Both the position numbers and the translations under genes were made by a program. Of a stretch of DNA of 64,000 bases, positions 35,525 through 49,269 are shown piece after piece (within the stretch, counting starts at the first letter, position 1; the number at the start of each line of letters is the position of its first letter). Source of the DNA: Chiloscyllium plagiosum (lineage: Eukaryota); assembly GCF_004010195.1 (NCBI RefSeq), contig NC_057751.1:4534161-4598160 (forward strand), read 5' to 3'. The notes under the pieces were generated by a model that made no database searches, had not been told where the DNA came from, and saw only the letters and a program-made list of their open reading frames with translations.

Positions 35525-38192
35525 CTGTCAATTGAGGTGGGAGAATGGTACAAGTGATGGGAAGTCATGCCACAGACCCCCTCCACACAGCTATTTCACC
35601 TCTCTCTCTCTCTCCCTCCCCACTCACATATCCTCCCGCACCTCAAATCAAACAAAATGGCTGTGGTTGGTTCAAATGAGCAGACTGAGAGGTTCCTGTT
35701 GAGTGAGGGGATGAAGGGACATGGTTCCAAGGCTGGGATATGAAGTCAAGAGGCAGAAACACTCACAGGATGAGAACTGATTGATCTGACAAGTTTGAGA
35801 AGCTGACTGGGATCTTTGCGTCCTCCTCTCTCCCTCTTGTGAAATTGTTTCATGTAGGGGGACAGGAGGCAAGGTCGTGTCAATGAGATAACACATCATT
35901 GCCTCACTCAATGGGCTCTTCAACACCAGATGCGTCCCTTGCGATTTGAACCTTGATTTGAAATCCCAGCAGAGAGCCCATGAAGGTGCAAAGAAAATAC
36001 ACAGTTCTTTGGGCACCATTTCATCAAGAGCAGGGTGAGTCATCACCAATACTTCCACATCAACCAGCATACAAGATTCAACCTTTTGTTAAAGGATGCA
36101 GGGTACACCATCCCTGCAAGGTCCCCTCCGTGCCACTCACCATCCTGACGTGGAACTATATCGCCGCTCCTTCACTGTCACCGGGTTATGATCCTGGAAT
36201 TCCCTCCCCAAAGGAATTATGGTCAACCTACAGCACATGGACTGTGGTGGTTGAAGAAGACAGCTCACCCCCACCTTCTCAAGGGGCAACTGGGGACTCT
36301 CTGTGTAAAAATGTTGCCCCTCGTGTCTTTTTTAAACCTTTCTCCTCCCACCTTAAACATATCCGACCCTAATATTGAAATACCCCACCGACCCTAGGGA
36401 AAAGAGCCTTCTCATTCACCTAATCCATGCCCTTCATGATTTTATAAACCTCTGTAAGGTCACCCCTCAACCTCCTATGGTCCAGGGGAAAAAGTCCCAT
36501 CTTATCCAGCCTCTCCCTATCTGTCAAACCCTCCATTCCCAGCAACTTCCTGGTAAATCTCTTCTGAACCTCTGATCAAAGTTGTGCTTTTGACATTGAC
36601 TAAGGGGCACACTTGTCATCATCATGCTTGTCCCATTCCCTTCTCAAGGCTACCTTTCAGGATTAGTGCTGAGGCGAGATAGCTTTGTAGACCAGGATTC
36701 TGATAAATGGTCAGGCACTGTTTAAACTGACAGACAGCCCACTGCTCTAACAGGGGAGTGAGCAATTGCTGGAGAATCTCGACAGGTCTGGCAATATCGT
36801 GGGTGAGAGAGAAAAACAATGTGAACATTTCAAGTCCTTTCTGACAGAAGTTAGCTCTGATTTTTTCTCCACAGAGGCTGCCAAACGGTAATGTCTGCTT
36901 TTACTTCCAATTTCCAGCATCCACGGTTTGTGGCTTTGTATTAGCTGGAGTGTGGGATTTCATTTATCCAATTGCTTTTTCAATGTTCTGTACTCAAGCT
37001 TTCAGGAAGTATAATTTCCCCAAGTGTTCGGGGCCTGGAGACAGTTTTCTGAAGGATTTGCCTGGGCCTGCATAATAACTGCAGATTGTCAACTAAAATT
37101 CCAGAGTGTTGGATTATATGATCACAGTCTGCCAAACAGAAGTGCAAAGCTCTTGTCAATAACACACAAAGGAATTTGTCTATCTCATCTTACAAAGCTG
37201 GAGGCAATCAACAAGTGTACCTGTTGAGCAACTTCTAAATAGGAACATTTTGTGATTTACTGCAAAGGAACATACTCAGACAAGGGATCAAAACGGTGGG
37301 GTTTTAGAAACACGTTCCTGGAGGAGGAGGTGGAACAGTGGAGGCCAGGCTCAGGGAGGGGACAGTATAGAACTCAGGAGTTCATTTGTTTTTGAGAAAG
37401 TGATTTTCACTGGCTAAGCCCAAATTTATTACCCGTCCCTAGTTGCCCCTTGAGAAGATGGGGGTGAGCTGCTTTCTTCAACCACCACAATCCATGTGCT
37501 GTAGGTTGACCATAATTCCTTTGGGGAGGGAATTCTAGGATTTTGACCCAGCAACAGTGAAGACAGGATGGTGAGTGGTTTGGAGCGAACTTGCAAGGGG
37601 TGATGTTCCCATGTATCCACTGCCCTTATCCTTCTAGATAGACAAAGTTGAAAATCACACAATACCAGGTTATCGACCAACAGGTTTATTTAGAAGCGCT
37701 AGCTTTCAGAGTGTCATACAACTGATGCAATGTATTGAACAAACCTAGATTGCTGTTAAGTCTTTCATCTTTTAGAATGGGTTGAGGGTTTTGATTTATT
37801 AATATGCAAATCCCAGAACTTCTTTCAAGTCACATTCACAAGATAACTTAAGGTTTTATAAAAAATGGTGACATTTCAGCACAGGCAATGCATTAAAGGT
37901 GTGAGGTTAGACTCTGTCTGTATTCCAATCTTGAGTCAGACTGGTTCATCTTCCAAAGTAGGAATTGATAAAATGTCACATGGACTGATTGCCTACAGAT
38001 TGTGTGCTATTTGAACAAAATAGAATGTAGTTGCAAATGCAAATTCACCCTATGGACACACACCACATACACACAGACACACACACACAGACACACACAC
38101 ACACACACAGACACATACACACACACTAACACACACAGACACACACACTAACACACACACACAGACACACACACTAACACACACACAGACAC

Positions 38193-38446
38193 NNNNNNNN
38201 NNNNNNNNNNNNNNNNNNNNNNNNNNNNNNNNNNNNNNNNNNNNNNNNNNNNNNNNNNNNNNNNNNNNNNNNNNNNNNNNNNNNNNNNNNNNNNNNNNNN
38301 NNNNNNNNNNNNNNNNNNNNNNNNNNNNNNNNNNNNNNNNNNNNNNNNNNNNNNNNNNNNNNNNNNNNNNNNNNNNNNNNNNNNNNNNNNNNNNNNNNNN
38401 NNNNNNNNNNNNNNNNNNNNNNNNNNNNNNNNNNNNNNNNNNNNNN
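38193..38446. other. Assembly gap (254 N) within a (CA)n-rich array at about 38057-38640
   Basis: N run flanked by CA repeats. Confidence 1.
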
Positions 38447-39313
38447 CACACTCACACAGACACACACTCACACACACAGACACACACTCACACACACACT
38501 CACACTCATACACTCACACACACACAGACACACACTCACACACTTACACTCACACAGAAACACTCACACACATAGACACACACACGCACGCACACATATG
38601 CACACACACACACATATGCACACACACACACACACACACAAGTCTACGGGGTGAATTTGCATTTGCAGAATTGTATTTGCAACTACATTCTATTTTGTTC
38701 AAAAAGAACACAATCTGTAGACAGCCCTGTGTCCTAGCATCCTGCCCCACTAGCTACCAGATACAGAGGCAGCACCTCACAAGCTAGTCCTTCCAAATAC
38801 ACCTGTTGGACCATAACCTGGTGTTGTGTGATTTTTAACTTTATCTATGCCAGTCCAACACTGGCACCTCCTCTTCGAGGGAGAAGTGGTTGTTGGTTTG
38901 GAAAGTGCAGTCTAAGGAGCTGCAATGAGCAAAGGGAACAGATTGCGTGGCTGCTGAGTCGGGGTCAAGGAAGTCAAAGATAGGCTGAAAGGCCTGAACT
39001 GGTCGGAGTGCTGTGATCTTGGAGGATTGTGGGACTGGACACAGACGCTGGCAGAGTTGAGGAGGGGCTGAGGTACAAAGGGACTTGACTGTGAGGATGT
39101 GGACTTTGAGGCTGGACTTGGGGGCAGGGGGTTATGGGTAGGATAACCTGGGAATGAGGGTGATGTTTCTGCTGAGCTGCACAATGCAGATAAACTATAC
39201 TCCAAAGAAATAGTGAGAAACGAAATAAATCTGAGGTGGGTACAGTTCAGCAGAGGAGCAGATGAGTCAAAGGCAGGCAACAGCAAGGCAGAGACAGAGG
39301 CAAACCAGATCAA

Positions 39314-42300
39314 TTAACTTGCAATTATTCCAATGCAAGAGGACTGACAGGGAAAGCAAATGAATTCAGGGCATTTTTGGGAACATGGGAATGGGATATC
39401 ATAGCTATTACAGAAATGTGGCTCAGGGAAGGGTAGGACTGGTACCTTAATGTTCCAGGGCATAGGTACTATCAGGAGGATAGAAAGGGGGTGCAAGAAA
39501 CAGGCTGAGTGGCATTTTTGGTGAGGGATAGCATTCCAGCTGAATATAGGGATGATATTCCTGGCAACACATCCTGCCAAGTTATTTGGGTGGAACTGAG
39601 AAATAAGAGAGGGATGATCACCTTTTTGGGATTGTACTCTTGACCCACCCAATAGTCAGTGGGAAATTGAGAAGCAAATTGCAAGGAGATCTCAGTTATC
39701 TGTCAGAATAACAGGGTGGTAATGGGAGAGGATTTCAACTTTTCAAATATTGACTGGGACTGCTATGGTGTTCAGGGTTTAGATGGAGAGGAATTTGTTA
39801 AGTGTGAACAAGAACATTTTCTTCTGCAGTATGTGGATGTCCTCACGATAGAAGGAACAAACCTTGACTTACTCTTGGGAAATAAGGCAGGTCACTGGGG
39901 GAGCACTTTGGGGCCAGTGATCATAATTCCTATTTGTTTTAAAATAGTGATGGAAAAGGACAGACAGGACCTAAAAGTTAACATTCACAATTGGAGGAAG
40001 GCCAATTTTGACAGTATTAGGCAGGATCTTTCAAAGTTGAGTGGGAGAGGCTATTTGCAGGTAAAGGGATGGTTGGGAAGTGGGAAGCCTTCAAACATGA
40101 GATGCTGAGAGTCCAGAGACAGTATGTTCCTGTTAGAGAGAAACAGTAAGGCTGGTAGATGTTGGGAATGCTGGATGATGAGAGAAATTGAGGCTCCGGT
40201 CAAGAAAAAGAAGGAAGCATAGGTCAGGTATAGACAAAATAAAAACTGAAAGAATTGCAGATGCTATAAATCAGAAACAAAAGCAGAAGTTGCTGGAAAA
40301 GCTCAGCAGGTCTGGCAACATCTGTGGAGAGAAAGCAGAGTTAACATTTTGGGTTTGGTGACCCTTCCTCAGAAGTGACAGCAGTTCTGAGGAAGGGTCA
40401 CCGGACCTGAAATATTAACTCTGATTTCTCTTCACACATGCTGCCAGACTTGCTGAGCTTTTCCAGCAACTTCTGATTTTGTGGCAGGTTTTGACAGCCA
40501 GGATCGAGTGAATCCCTTAAATGGAATAAGGTCAGTAGTAATCTGCTCAAGGGGAAATCAGGAGGGTAAAAAAGGAGAAATGAGATAGCTTTGGCAAACA
40601 GGGTTAAGGAGAACCCAAAGGGACACTACAAGTACATGAAGGGCACAAGGGTAACCAGGGAGAGAAGAAGAACACCATCTATGTGTGGAACTGCAGGAGA
40701 TGGGCGAGATACTAAACAAGTTTTTACTGTGGAGAAGGTTTTGGAAGCTAGAGAACTTGGAGAAATAAACTGAAATTTTGAAAAGTGTCCATATTGCAGA
40801 GGAGGAGATGCTGGACATCTTAAAGTGCATCAAAGTGGATAGATCTCCGGGTCAGATCTGGTGTATCCCAGAACGTTTTGGGCAAACTAGGGACATGATT
40901 GCTGAGTCCCTTGCTGAGATATTTGGTTCATCGATAGCCATGGGTGAGATGTCTGAAGACTGAAGGTTGGCTAATGTGTTTGCCATTATTGAAGAAAATT
41001 GGTAAGGAAAAGCCAGGGAACTGTAGACCAGCGAGCTTGACACTGGTGGTGAGCAAGTTGTTGGAGGGAATCCTGAAGGACAGGATTTACATGCATTTGG
41101 CAAGGCAAAGACTGATTAGGGATACTCACCATGGCTTTGTACGTGGGAAATCATGTCTCACAAACTTAGAGTCATAGAGATGTACAGCATGGAAACAGAC
41201 CCTTTGGTCCAACCCATCCATGCCAACCAGATATCCCAACCCTTTTGAAGAAGTGACATAGATTGATGAGGGCAGAGCAGTAGACAATGTGACTTCAGTA
41301 AGGCGTTCGACAAGGTTCCCGATGGGAGACTGGTTAGCAAGGTTAGATCTCATGGAATACAGAGAGAACTAGCCATTTGGATACAGAACTGGCTTGAAGG
41401 TAGAAGACAGAGAGTGGTGGTAGAGGGTTGTTTTTCAGACTGGAGGCCTGTGACCAGTGGTGTGCCACAAGGATTGGTGCTGAGTCTACTGGTTTTTGTC
41501 ATTTATATAAATGATTTGGATGTGAACATAGGAGGTACAGTTAGCAAGAGAAGGTTAACTCAGAGTACAATGAGATCTTGATCAGATGTGCTGAAGAGTG
41601 GCAGATGGAGTTTAATTTAGATAAATGTGAGGCTCTGCATTTTGGAAAGGCAAATCAGGGCAGGACTTGTACACTTAATGGTAAGGTCCTGGGGAGTGTT
41701 GCTGAACAAAGGGATCTTGGAGTGCAGGTTCATAGCTCCTTGAAAGTGGAGTTACAGCCAGACAGGGTAGTGAAGAAGGTGTTTGGTATACTTGCCTTTA
41801 ATGGTCAGTGTATTGAGTACAGGAGTTGGGAGGTCATGTTGTGGCTGTACAGGACACTGGCTAGACCACTTTTGGAATATTGTGTGCCATTCTGGTCTTC
41901 CTGCTACAGGAAAGATGTTGTGAAACTTGAGAAGGTTCAGGAAAGGTTGGCAGGGATGTGGTCAGGGTTGGGGGGTTTGAGATATAGGGAGAGGCTGAAC
42001 AGGGTGGGGCTGTTTTCCCTGGAGCGTCGGAGGCTGAGGGGTGACCTTATAGAGGTTTATAAAATTAGGAGGAGCGAGGATAAGTTGAATAGACAAGATC
42101 TTTCTGCCCAGGGCAGGGGATTTCCAAGCTAGAGGGCAAATGTGAAAGGTGAGAGGGGAAAGATTTACAAAGGGACCTGAGATGCATCTTTCTCACGCAA
42201 AGGGTATGGAATGAGCTGCCAGAGGAAGTGGTGGAGGCTGGTACAATGACAACATTTAAAAGGCATCTGGGCGGGTACATGAATAGGAAGGGTTTAGAGG

Positions 42301-42410
42301 GATAGGAGCCAGGTGCTGGCAAATGGGACTAGATTAGGTTAGGATATCTGGTTAGAATGGACAAGTCGGACTGAAGGGTCTGTTTTTGTGCTGTACAGCT
42401 CTATGATTCT
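39314..42410 (+). mobile_element. Near full-length but dead CR1 ORF2 (APE endonuclease plus RT) with 3' tail; contains a palindromic PLE insert (40237-40484) and an inverted CR1 tail (about 41168-41242)
   Basis: NARGL.GK..E...DIIAITE.WL, DFNF..IDW, LDLLL, PGNCRP.SLT, HGFVRGKSCLTNL and RPLLEYCV motifs with many frameshifts and deletions. Confidence 0.92.
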
Positions 42411-42838
42411 AAAAGAAAAGGCAAAATCAGCAGGGCATTTTTAAGAGAAAACATGGAATGAAGTTGTCAGGAGTGCACTGGCGGTGACTGGGCGTGTGGG
42501 AATCCTGATATTAATGGCAGGGGAACTGAGGCCCATGGATAGCACTGAGCTTACATCCACAAGTGGGCTGCAGATAAGGGGTCCTGCTGTCACCTGGTGA
42601 GTTAAACAGGGGGTCATGGGTTCGAATCCCTGGGCAGAAAGTCAAATCCAGAAAAAAAAGAATCTGGTATTAAACATAATCGATAGCTGTAAAAGTCCAC
42701 CCGGTTCACTCATGTCCACTGATGATAGAAGGTTAGCCTCTGGGCAATAAACGTTGGCCTGGCCAGCAGTTCTCATGCAAATGGTTCATAAAAAGATTGA
42801 GCCAGTTATGGTATGGCCTACTTGTTCTGTTTACTTAC

Positions 42839-42941
42839 TCAGAAGCACATCCTTGAAAACCAGACGCTGTCTTCTGACAGTAACCAAACTTGTCGCCCTG
42901 CTTATTGACTTCAAAGCAACGCCTCGGCGCTGCCTTGGCAC
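42839..42941 (-). CDS. adam8: ADAM8-like Cys-rich exon: (G)AKAAPRRCFEVNKQGDKFGYCQKTASGFQGCAS(E)
   Basis: Acceptor tttctgttttaatag, donor gtaagt; 103 nt, phase 1-2, exactly bridging the neighbouring exons; CF..N..G..FGYC motif; not shown in the ORF track. Confidence 0.93.
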
Positions 42942-44774
42942 CTATTAAAACAGAAACATTGACGTTCATCAGAATGAGGTGGCTCAACAAAGCCAATAGA
43001 AAACTTGATGCAAAGTGACTGCGATGATGAGAAAATATAACAGGACTCTATTACTTGCAGCAAGTCAGAGATGGGAGCCATTTGAGCCTGCAGCAGGAGG
43101 CCATTTGGCCCTTCAAGCCTGTCCTGTCCTTCAACATGGCGATGGTTGATGTTTGAACCCAACTCAACCCAACCTGGCCACAGTCTCTTTTATTCCCTGA
43201 GCTTTCTGGAACCTTCCACATCACAGTTTGCACATTCTCCTTGTGTCTGCGTGGGTTTCCTCCGGGTGGTCCGGTTTCCTCCCACAGTCCAAAAATGTGC
43301 AGGTTAGATGAATTGGCCATGCTAAATTGCCCGTAGTGTTAGGTGAAGGGGTAATTGTAGGGGAATGGGTCTGGGTGGGTTGCTCTTCGGAGGGTCGGTG
43401 TGGACTTGTTGGGCCGAAGGGCCTGTTTCCACACTGTAAGGAATCTAATCTAATCTAACCTGAAACACAGCACTGAATGAACCAACGTTGGAACAGTTGC
43501 AATGGCAGTTTCTCCACTCAGTCCTAGCTGTATTCCACAGGTTCCTGCTTATCCTTTTGGGAATCCATCCTCATGAAATCCTTTAGTCTCTAAGAAGCAG
43601 GGACCATCTGACCCTGACCTGAGGGTTGTGAAATTCCTGTAATTGCACGATAACCATAAAACTTATGCAAAATGATCACTGAAACGTTCTGTAATTCCTG
43701 TCAGTCTTCACTTCCTTCCTTGTTGAGCATTGACTTCCTTCCCCATTTATTACAACTATAAAATAATCAGCACAGTCTCATTATTCTTTTGAAACCATTT
43801 TTAGTGAATATGACTTGAATCCTTCTTGTAACACTTGGTTTCCATGGTGGTGCTGTCACCAGAGGAGATGAGTAGAGAATTGTTTCCTGGAATTGTGCTC
43901 TCTGAAAGGGGAAGTGCAAGGTGAGTCCTGGGCAAATCCGTCAGAAGGCAATGTTTGCAGAGCTGCAGAGAACAAGTGGGCGTCATTTGGTTTGCTCTCA
44001 CAAAGTGCTGGCACAGGCAGGATGGACAGAAAGGCCTTTCTCGCTGCTGCATAACTCAAGGCCTACTCATCTCCTGTGAAGGAATTCACAGACAGGCCTG
44101 ACAGATGGTTGCTCAGAGTCATTGTCTTCATAGCAGGCAGAGAAATGGGGCCAAGGCCACAATTGTGCAGAGCTGGGTGGATGGGCAAATGGCTTCCTGC
44201 TGCTCATTGTCCTTGTGACCAGCCCACACTCAAACACATACGCATCTGGGATACAAGGGTCAGAGGCCATGGAGGGATTGTCCACAGGTCCCTGAAGGTG
44301 GCAGGGACAGGTGGAGAAAGGGGAAGGAGACGTTTGGGATGCTTCCCTTCAGTGGGTTAGCTATTGAGTTCCACAGCAGGGATGGGATGCTGGAACGATA
44401 GAAGACACTGGTTCAGCCAGAGCACAGTTCTGGTCACCACATGACGGGAAGGACACCATTGTTATTGAGAGAGTATGGAGGAGAATGTTTCCATGGATTG
44501 AAAACTGCAGTGCCCAGGAAAGATCAGATAGGTTGCTCTTGTTGACCTCTCAACACATGAGGCTGAGGTGAGTCTTTACAGAAGTGGATAAAGTAATGAG
44601 GGACTTGGACAGGGAAGACCTATCAGCCGACTCGGTCAGGGATTTAAAGCAATTGGTCAAAGGAACAGAGGGGACCATAAGATAGCTGAGCAGAATGAGG
44701 CCATTTGGCCCATCGATTCAGCTCCACCATTCTATCTTGGCTGATGTGATTCTTGACCCCATTCGACCAAAAGA

Positions 44775-46290
44775 CCATAAGAAATAGCAGCAGAAATTAG
44801 GCTATTCGGCCCATTGAGTCTGATCCACCAAACAATTATAGCTAATTTTCTCAACCCCATTCTCCTCCTTTCTCCCCATAACCTTTGATCCCCTTGATAC
44901 TCAAGAACCTATCTATCTCAGTTTTAAATATACTCAATGACCTGGCCTCCACAGCCTTCTGTGGCAATGAATTCCATAGATTCCCCACTCTCTGGCTGAA
45001 GAAGTTTCTCCTTATCTCTGTTCTGAAAGGTCTTCCCTTTCCTCTAAGACTGTGTCCTCAGGTCCTAGTCTCTCCCACCAATGGAAACACCTTCCCAACA
45101 TCCACTCTGTCCAGGCCATTCAGTATTCTGTAAGTTTCAATCAGATCTCCCCCTCCTCCTTCTAAACACCTTTGAGTAGAAACCCAGGGTCCTCAAACAT
45201 TTCTCATATGTTAAGCCTTTCACTCCTGGGACCATTCTAGTGAAGCTCCTCTGAACAGACTCCAGGGCCTGAGATATGGGGCCGAAAACTGCGCACAATC
45301 CTCCAAATGTGGTCTGACCGGAGCCTTATTGAGCCTCAGAAGTACATTCCTTCTTTTATATTCAAGTCCTCTCAAAATAAATGCCAGCATTACATTTGCC
45401 TTCCTAACTACTGACTCAACCTGCAAGTTTACCTTGAGAGAATCCTGGGCTAGAACTCCCAAGTCTCTTTGCACCTCAGACTTCTGAATTTTCTTCCCAT
45501 TTAGAAAATAGTCCATGCCTCTATCCTTCCTAACAAAGTGTATGACCTCACACTTTCCCACGTTTTACTCCATCTGCCACATTTTTGCCCCGCTCCTAAC
45601 CTGTCCAAATCCTTCTGCAGCCTCCCTCCCTCCTCAATGTCACCTGCCCCTCTACCTATCTTTGTATCATCTGCAAACTCAGCCAGATTGCCCTCAGTTC
45701 CTTCACATAGATTATTAATTTATAAAGTGAAAAGGTATGGTCCCAATACTGAGCCTTGCGGAACACCACTTGTCACTGACTGCCATCCTGAAAAAGATCC
45801 TTGTGTCCCCACTCACTGCTTTCTGAGAGACAGCCAATCTTCTATGCACGCTAGCACCTTGCCTCTGACACCAGGGGCCCTTATCTGACTCAGTAGCCTC
45901 CAGTGCAGCATCTTGTCAAAGGCCTTCTTGAAGTCCAGGTAGACAACACCCATTGGCTTTCCTTGGTCTAACTTGCTCGTTACTTCCTCAAAGCATTCTA
46001 ACAGATTTGTCAGGCATGACCTCCCCTTGATGAAACCATGCTGACTTTGCCGTATCTTACTGTACACTTTCAAGTGCTCAGAAATCTCACCCTTCACAGG
46101 GGATTGCAGGATCTTACCCACAACTGAGTTTAGACTAATCAGTCTGTAATATTCAGCCTTTTGCGTTACTCCCTTTTTAAATAGGGATGTCATGTTAGCG
46201 ATTTTCCAGTCCTCTGAAAGATTCCTGAAAGATCACCACTAATCTCTCCACGATCTCTTCAGCTCTCTCCCTTAGCACTCTGCCCTGTCA
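44775..46290 (-). mobile_element. CR1 RT fragment and 3' end
   Basis: ORFs 45813..46193 (QHGFIKGRSCLTNL, VYLDFKKAFDK) and 45220..45561. Confidence 0.9.
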
Positions 46291-46629
46291 CTCTTCATCC
46301 CCTTATGAGTCAAGAACCTGATGGTCTCTGTCTTAAAGATACTCCATGACTTGGCCTCAACAGCAATGAGTTCCACACATTCACTGTCCACTAGCTGGGT
46401 TATTCTTCCTCACTCTGAGGACATGAGGGAAGATATTTTCACCAAGACGGTGGTGGGTTTCTGGAGTCCAGTTCGCTGATCCAGGTAGAAACTCTCCACT
46501 GAGGCACTGTAACCCAGCAAGGCTATGGAGCAAGGGGCTGGTCATGGGTAATGGGAGACGATGGCCGGAATTGCCTCTTCCTGTGCAAGAACCTGTTTCC
46601 ACTTTGAAGGTTTGAAGGTTTAAACCTAC

Positions 46630-46825
46630 CTGATCCCCAGAAAGAGACGCATTGCTCCTGATGGGTTGGGCACTTGCCAATGTAGCAGAAGCTTGTATTT
46701 CGCTTACAGGGAGTCCCATTGAGACGGAAAGTATCTTCTGGGCACTGGCCTGATCTGCCGTCACAGGTCTCCTCGAGGTCGCAGTCATCCTTGGCTCTCC
46801 GGCACAACAAGCCTGCTGCCATGAA
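46630..46825 (-). CDS. adam8: ADAM8-like disintegrin loop/Cys-rich exon: FMAAGLLCRRAKDDCDLEETCDGRSGQCPEDTFRLNGTPCKRNTSFCYIGKCPTHQEQCVSFWGS(G)
   Basis: Acceptor ctccctgggtgttag, donor gtaggt; 196 nt, phase 0-1; CDL.E.C.G....CP.D and NG.PC motifs. Confidence 0.95.
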
Positions 46826-47334
46826 CTAACACCCAGGGAGGAAAGGAGACTTGGTCAGCTCTTTGTGATCCACATTTCAGAGGAGACAGTAACTTTGTGG
46901 CAGGGAATTGATATCAGAATGTGTGGACTGCTTTCTGAAAGAGGATCTCAGTCTGGCCAACAGGGCAAAACGGACACTGATAGGGAACCCAGCATACAAA
47001 GGTAGGAATGGGATTTTGTGCAGATAGATTGACAGATTAGGAAAGAGAGCGCAGTTGGAGGAACATTCGCACAGTGCAGAAGATTTATATCAGGAATGAG
47101 AGATATTGAAAAAGAGAGATACTGTAAGGTCAGGAGTGTATTCAACTCAAAAAGGATAGATAGGTACATGCCCAAATGGGGCAGGACAGCTGGAGGGGGC
47201 GGAATGGCCACAGACACTGTGTGTTCTGCATTAGTTATCTCTGTTTGAGAAAGGGAGCCGGGGGGAGAGGAAAGGAAGAGGGATGGGATGGGATGGGATT
47301 TGTTTGCCATCCTTTGTGAAGCTAATGGATGTAC

Positions 47335-47424
47335 CTTACAATCCTGGCAGCAGGTTCCATCAGCACACTGCACTCCCTCTCGTAGCCTGCAGGTCTGAGC
47401 ATCGCAGCATGGGTTCAGACACTC
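47335..47424 (-). CDS. adam8: ADAM8-like disintegrin exon: [30 protein letters not shown]
   Basis: Acceptor ttgctatcctcag, donor gtacat; 90 nt, phase 0-0; disintegrin cysteine spacing. Confidence 0.95.
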
Positions 47425-48199
47425 CTGAGGATAGCAAAACACCAAGAAAGTCAAACACCATCACCACAGGCTGGCTATAAGACCAGGGAGAAAGACCAAC
47501 TCTGAGAAACATCTATTCTCCAGTTCCTTCTCAATCCCCAAGAGTCTAACAATCTACACATCTCACACTCATATCCACAAAGTACATTGGGGCAACTCTC
47601 TCACTGGCTGCCTAATCCTTGCCCCATTTTACCAGCTGGTGCCAGTCTGACAAATCTCACAGACAACTGCTCACAAACTGGATATTGCTTGGAGACCAAC
47701 AAAGAAAAAGCAGATCGAGGAGTCAAGAGGGAGTGAAAAAGCAAGAGCATTGACGTCAGTTGCACAGAGTTCACAGGCGATTAAATGTGTCAGACCAAAA
47801 AAAAACTCCCAGATCATTTTAGAAACATAGAAACACAGAAAATAGGAGCAGAATAGGCCATTTGGCCCGTCGAGCCTGCTCTACTATTCAATCTGATCGT
47901 GCTTGATCATCCAACTCAGTCCCCTGTTTTCTCCCCATGCCCTCTGATCTCTTTAGCCCCATGTTCCTTCTTGACCATCTGCAACCTTTTGGCTTCAGCC
48001 ACCTTCCGTGGGAGAGAATTCCACAGGCTCCCCACTGTCTGGGTGACCGGTCCGAGACGGCCTACCCTGTATCCTTCGACTGTGCCCCCTGGTTCTGGAC
48101 TCCCCAGCCATGGCGAAGATCCTTCCTGTGGTGACTGTGTCCAGTCCTGATTTCATCAAAGGATTGAAAGGCTTTGAGCGTGATAAATCTGGTGCCTAC

Positions 48200-48377
48200 C
48201 TCTGGAATTCCACAGTCACACTCCTCCCCTTTCTCAAGGAAGCGATTCCCGCAGACCGGCCTCGAAACGATCTCGTCCTGGTTGGGTACATCACGGAGAC
48301 ACGATGCTGTGCGGGTCAGCACAAAGTTCTGGAAGTGCTGGTGGCTGCAGCTGCTGAACTCTGTCGGCAAAACCGAG
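48200..48377 (-). CDS. adam8: ADAM8-like exon, end of metalloprotease/start of disintegrin: (S)[59 protein letters not shown]
   Basis: Acceptor ttcctcctgacag, donor gtaggc; 178 nt, phase 2-0; FSSCS and CGN..LE.GEECDCG motifs. Confidence 0.96.
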
Positions 48378-49269
48378 CTGTCAGGAGGAAACGAGAGACT
48401 CGGGTTTAATGCACCATCCTCCGGCATTCCCAGCCTGACTGCGAGATTGCCTTACAGCCAAGTGACTGTCCCTTGGATGTTGAGTCACTGCTGTGACAGA
48501 GTTCAGGAAACAGTGGGCAGGCTGGCCACGAACCAATGCTGTGTGAACTGGGCACTGCACATCCCCACACCCCTCCACCCCACAGATTCATTCATCTAAC
48601 CCCTATCTCTGACCAGACCCTGCCACTTGTGCCTGTCTCAAATGGCCTTCCACCTCCTCTGAAAACTGCAGGCAGGACAGAACTCTGGCGAGCGACAAAG
48701 GAATTGGGGGCATTTTGCATTGTCAGGATTTTGAAGCCGGACAAGATCCGGGGATAGCAATTTTCGGAAGGAGAATGGGAAAAGTTCAAAAGGCAGGAGG
48801 GTCCACTGATGGACTGGATGGTGAGTCAGACTCACACTCAGTGGCATTTTATTGTCTCTTTAGTCTGGTAGATTCTACAGAGGAATCCCCGAGCAAAGTG
48901 ACGGTTGTGTTGCAAAGGAAACAAGACCGAGCTGTCTGGGTGTGGTAGAGTTTGAACAATAGATCACCAAACCAGCTCTTGGTAAGGGCAATGTTCATAC
49001 CCATTGAACCCAATCACTGTGTTCCTTGGCTTTCCTTTCCCAGTTTCTGACAAACAGGGCTTCTCAGTGACAAAGAAATACAAACAAGGAACGAGAGTAG
49101 GCCATTCGGCCCTTTGAGCCTGCCCTGTCATTCAATGAAGGTCATGGCTGATCTGATTTAAGCCTTGACTCTCCATTCCTGCATATCCCCAATAATCCTT
49201 CATCTAGCTCAGCCTTCAGAATGTTTCATGACCCCACTGCCTTGGTTTTGTTTTTGTAATAATGTCAAA

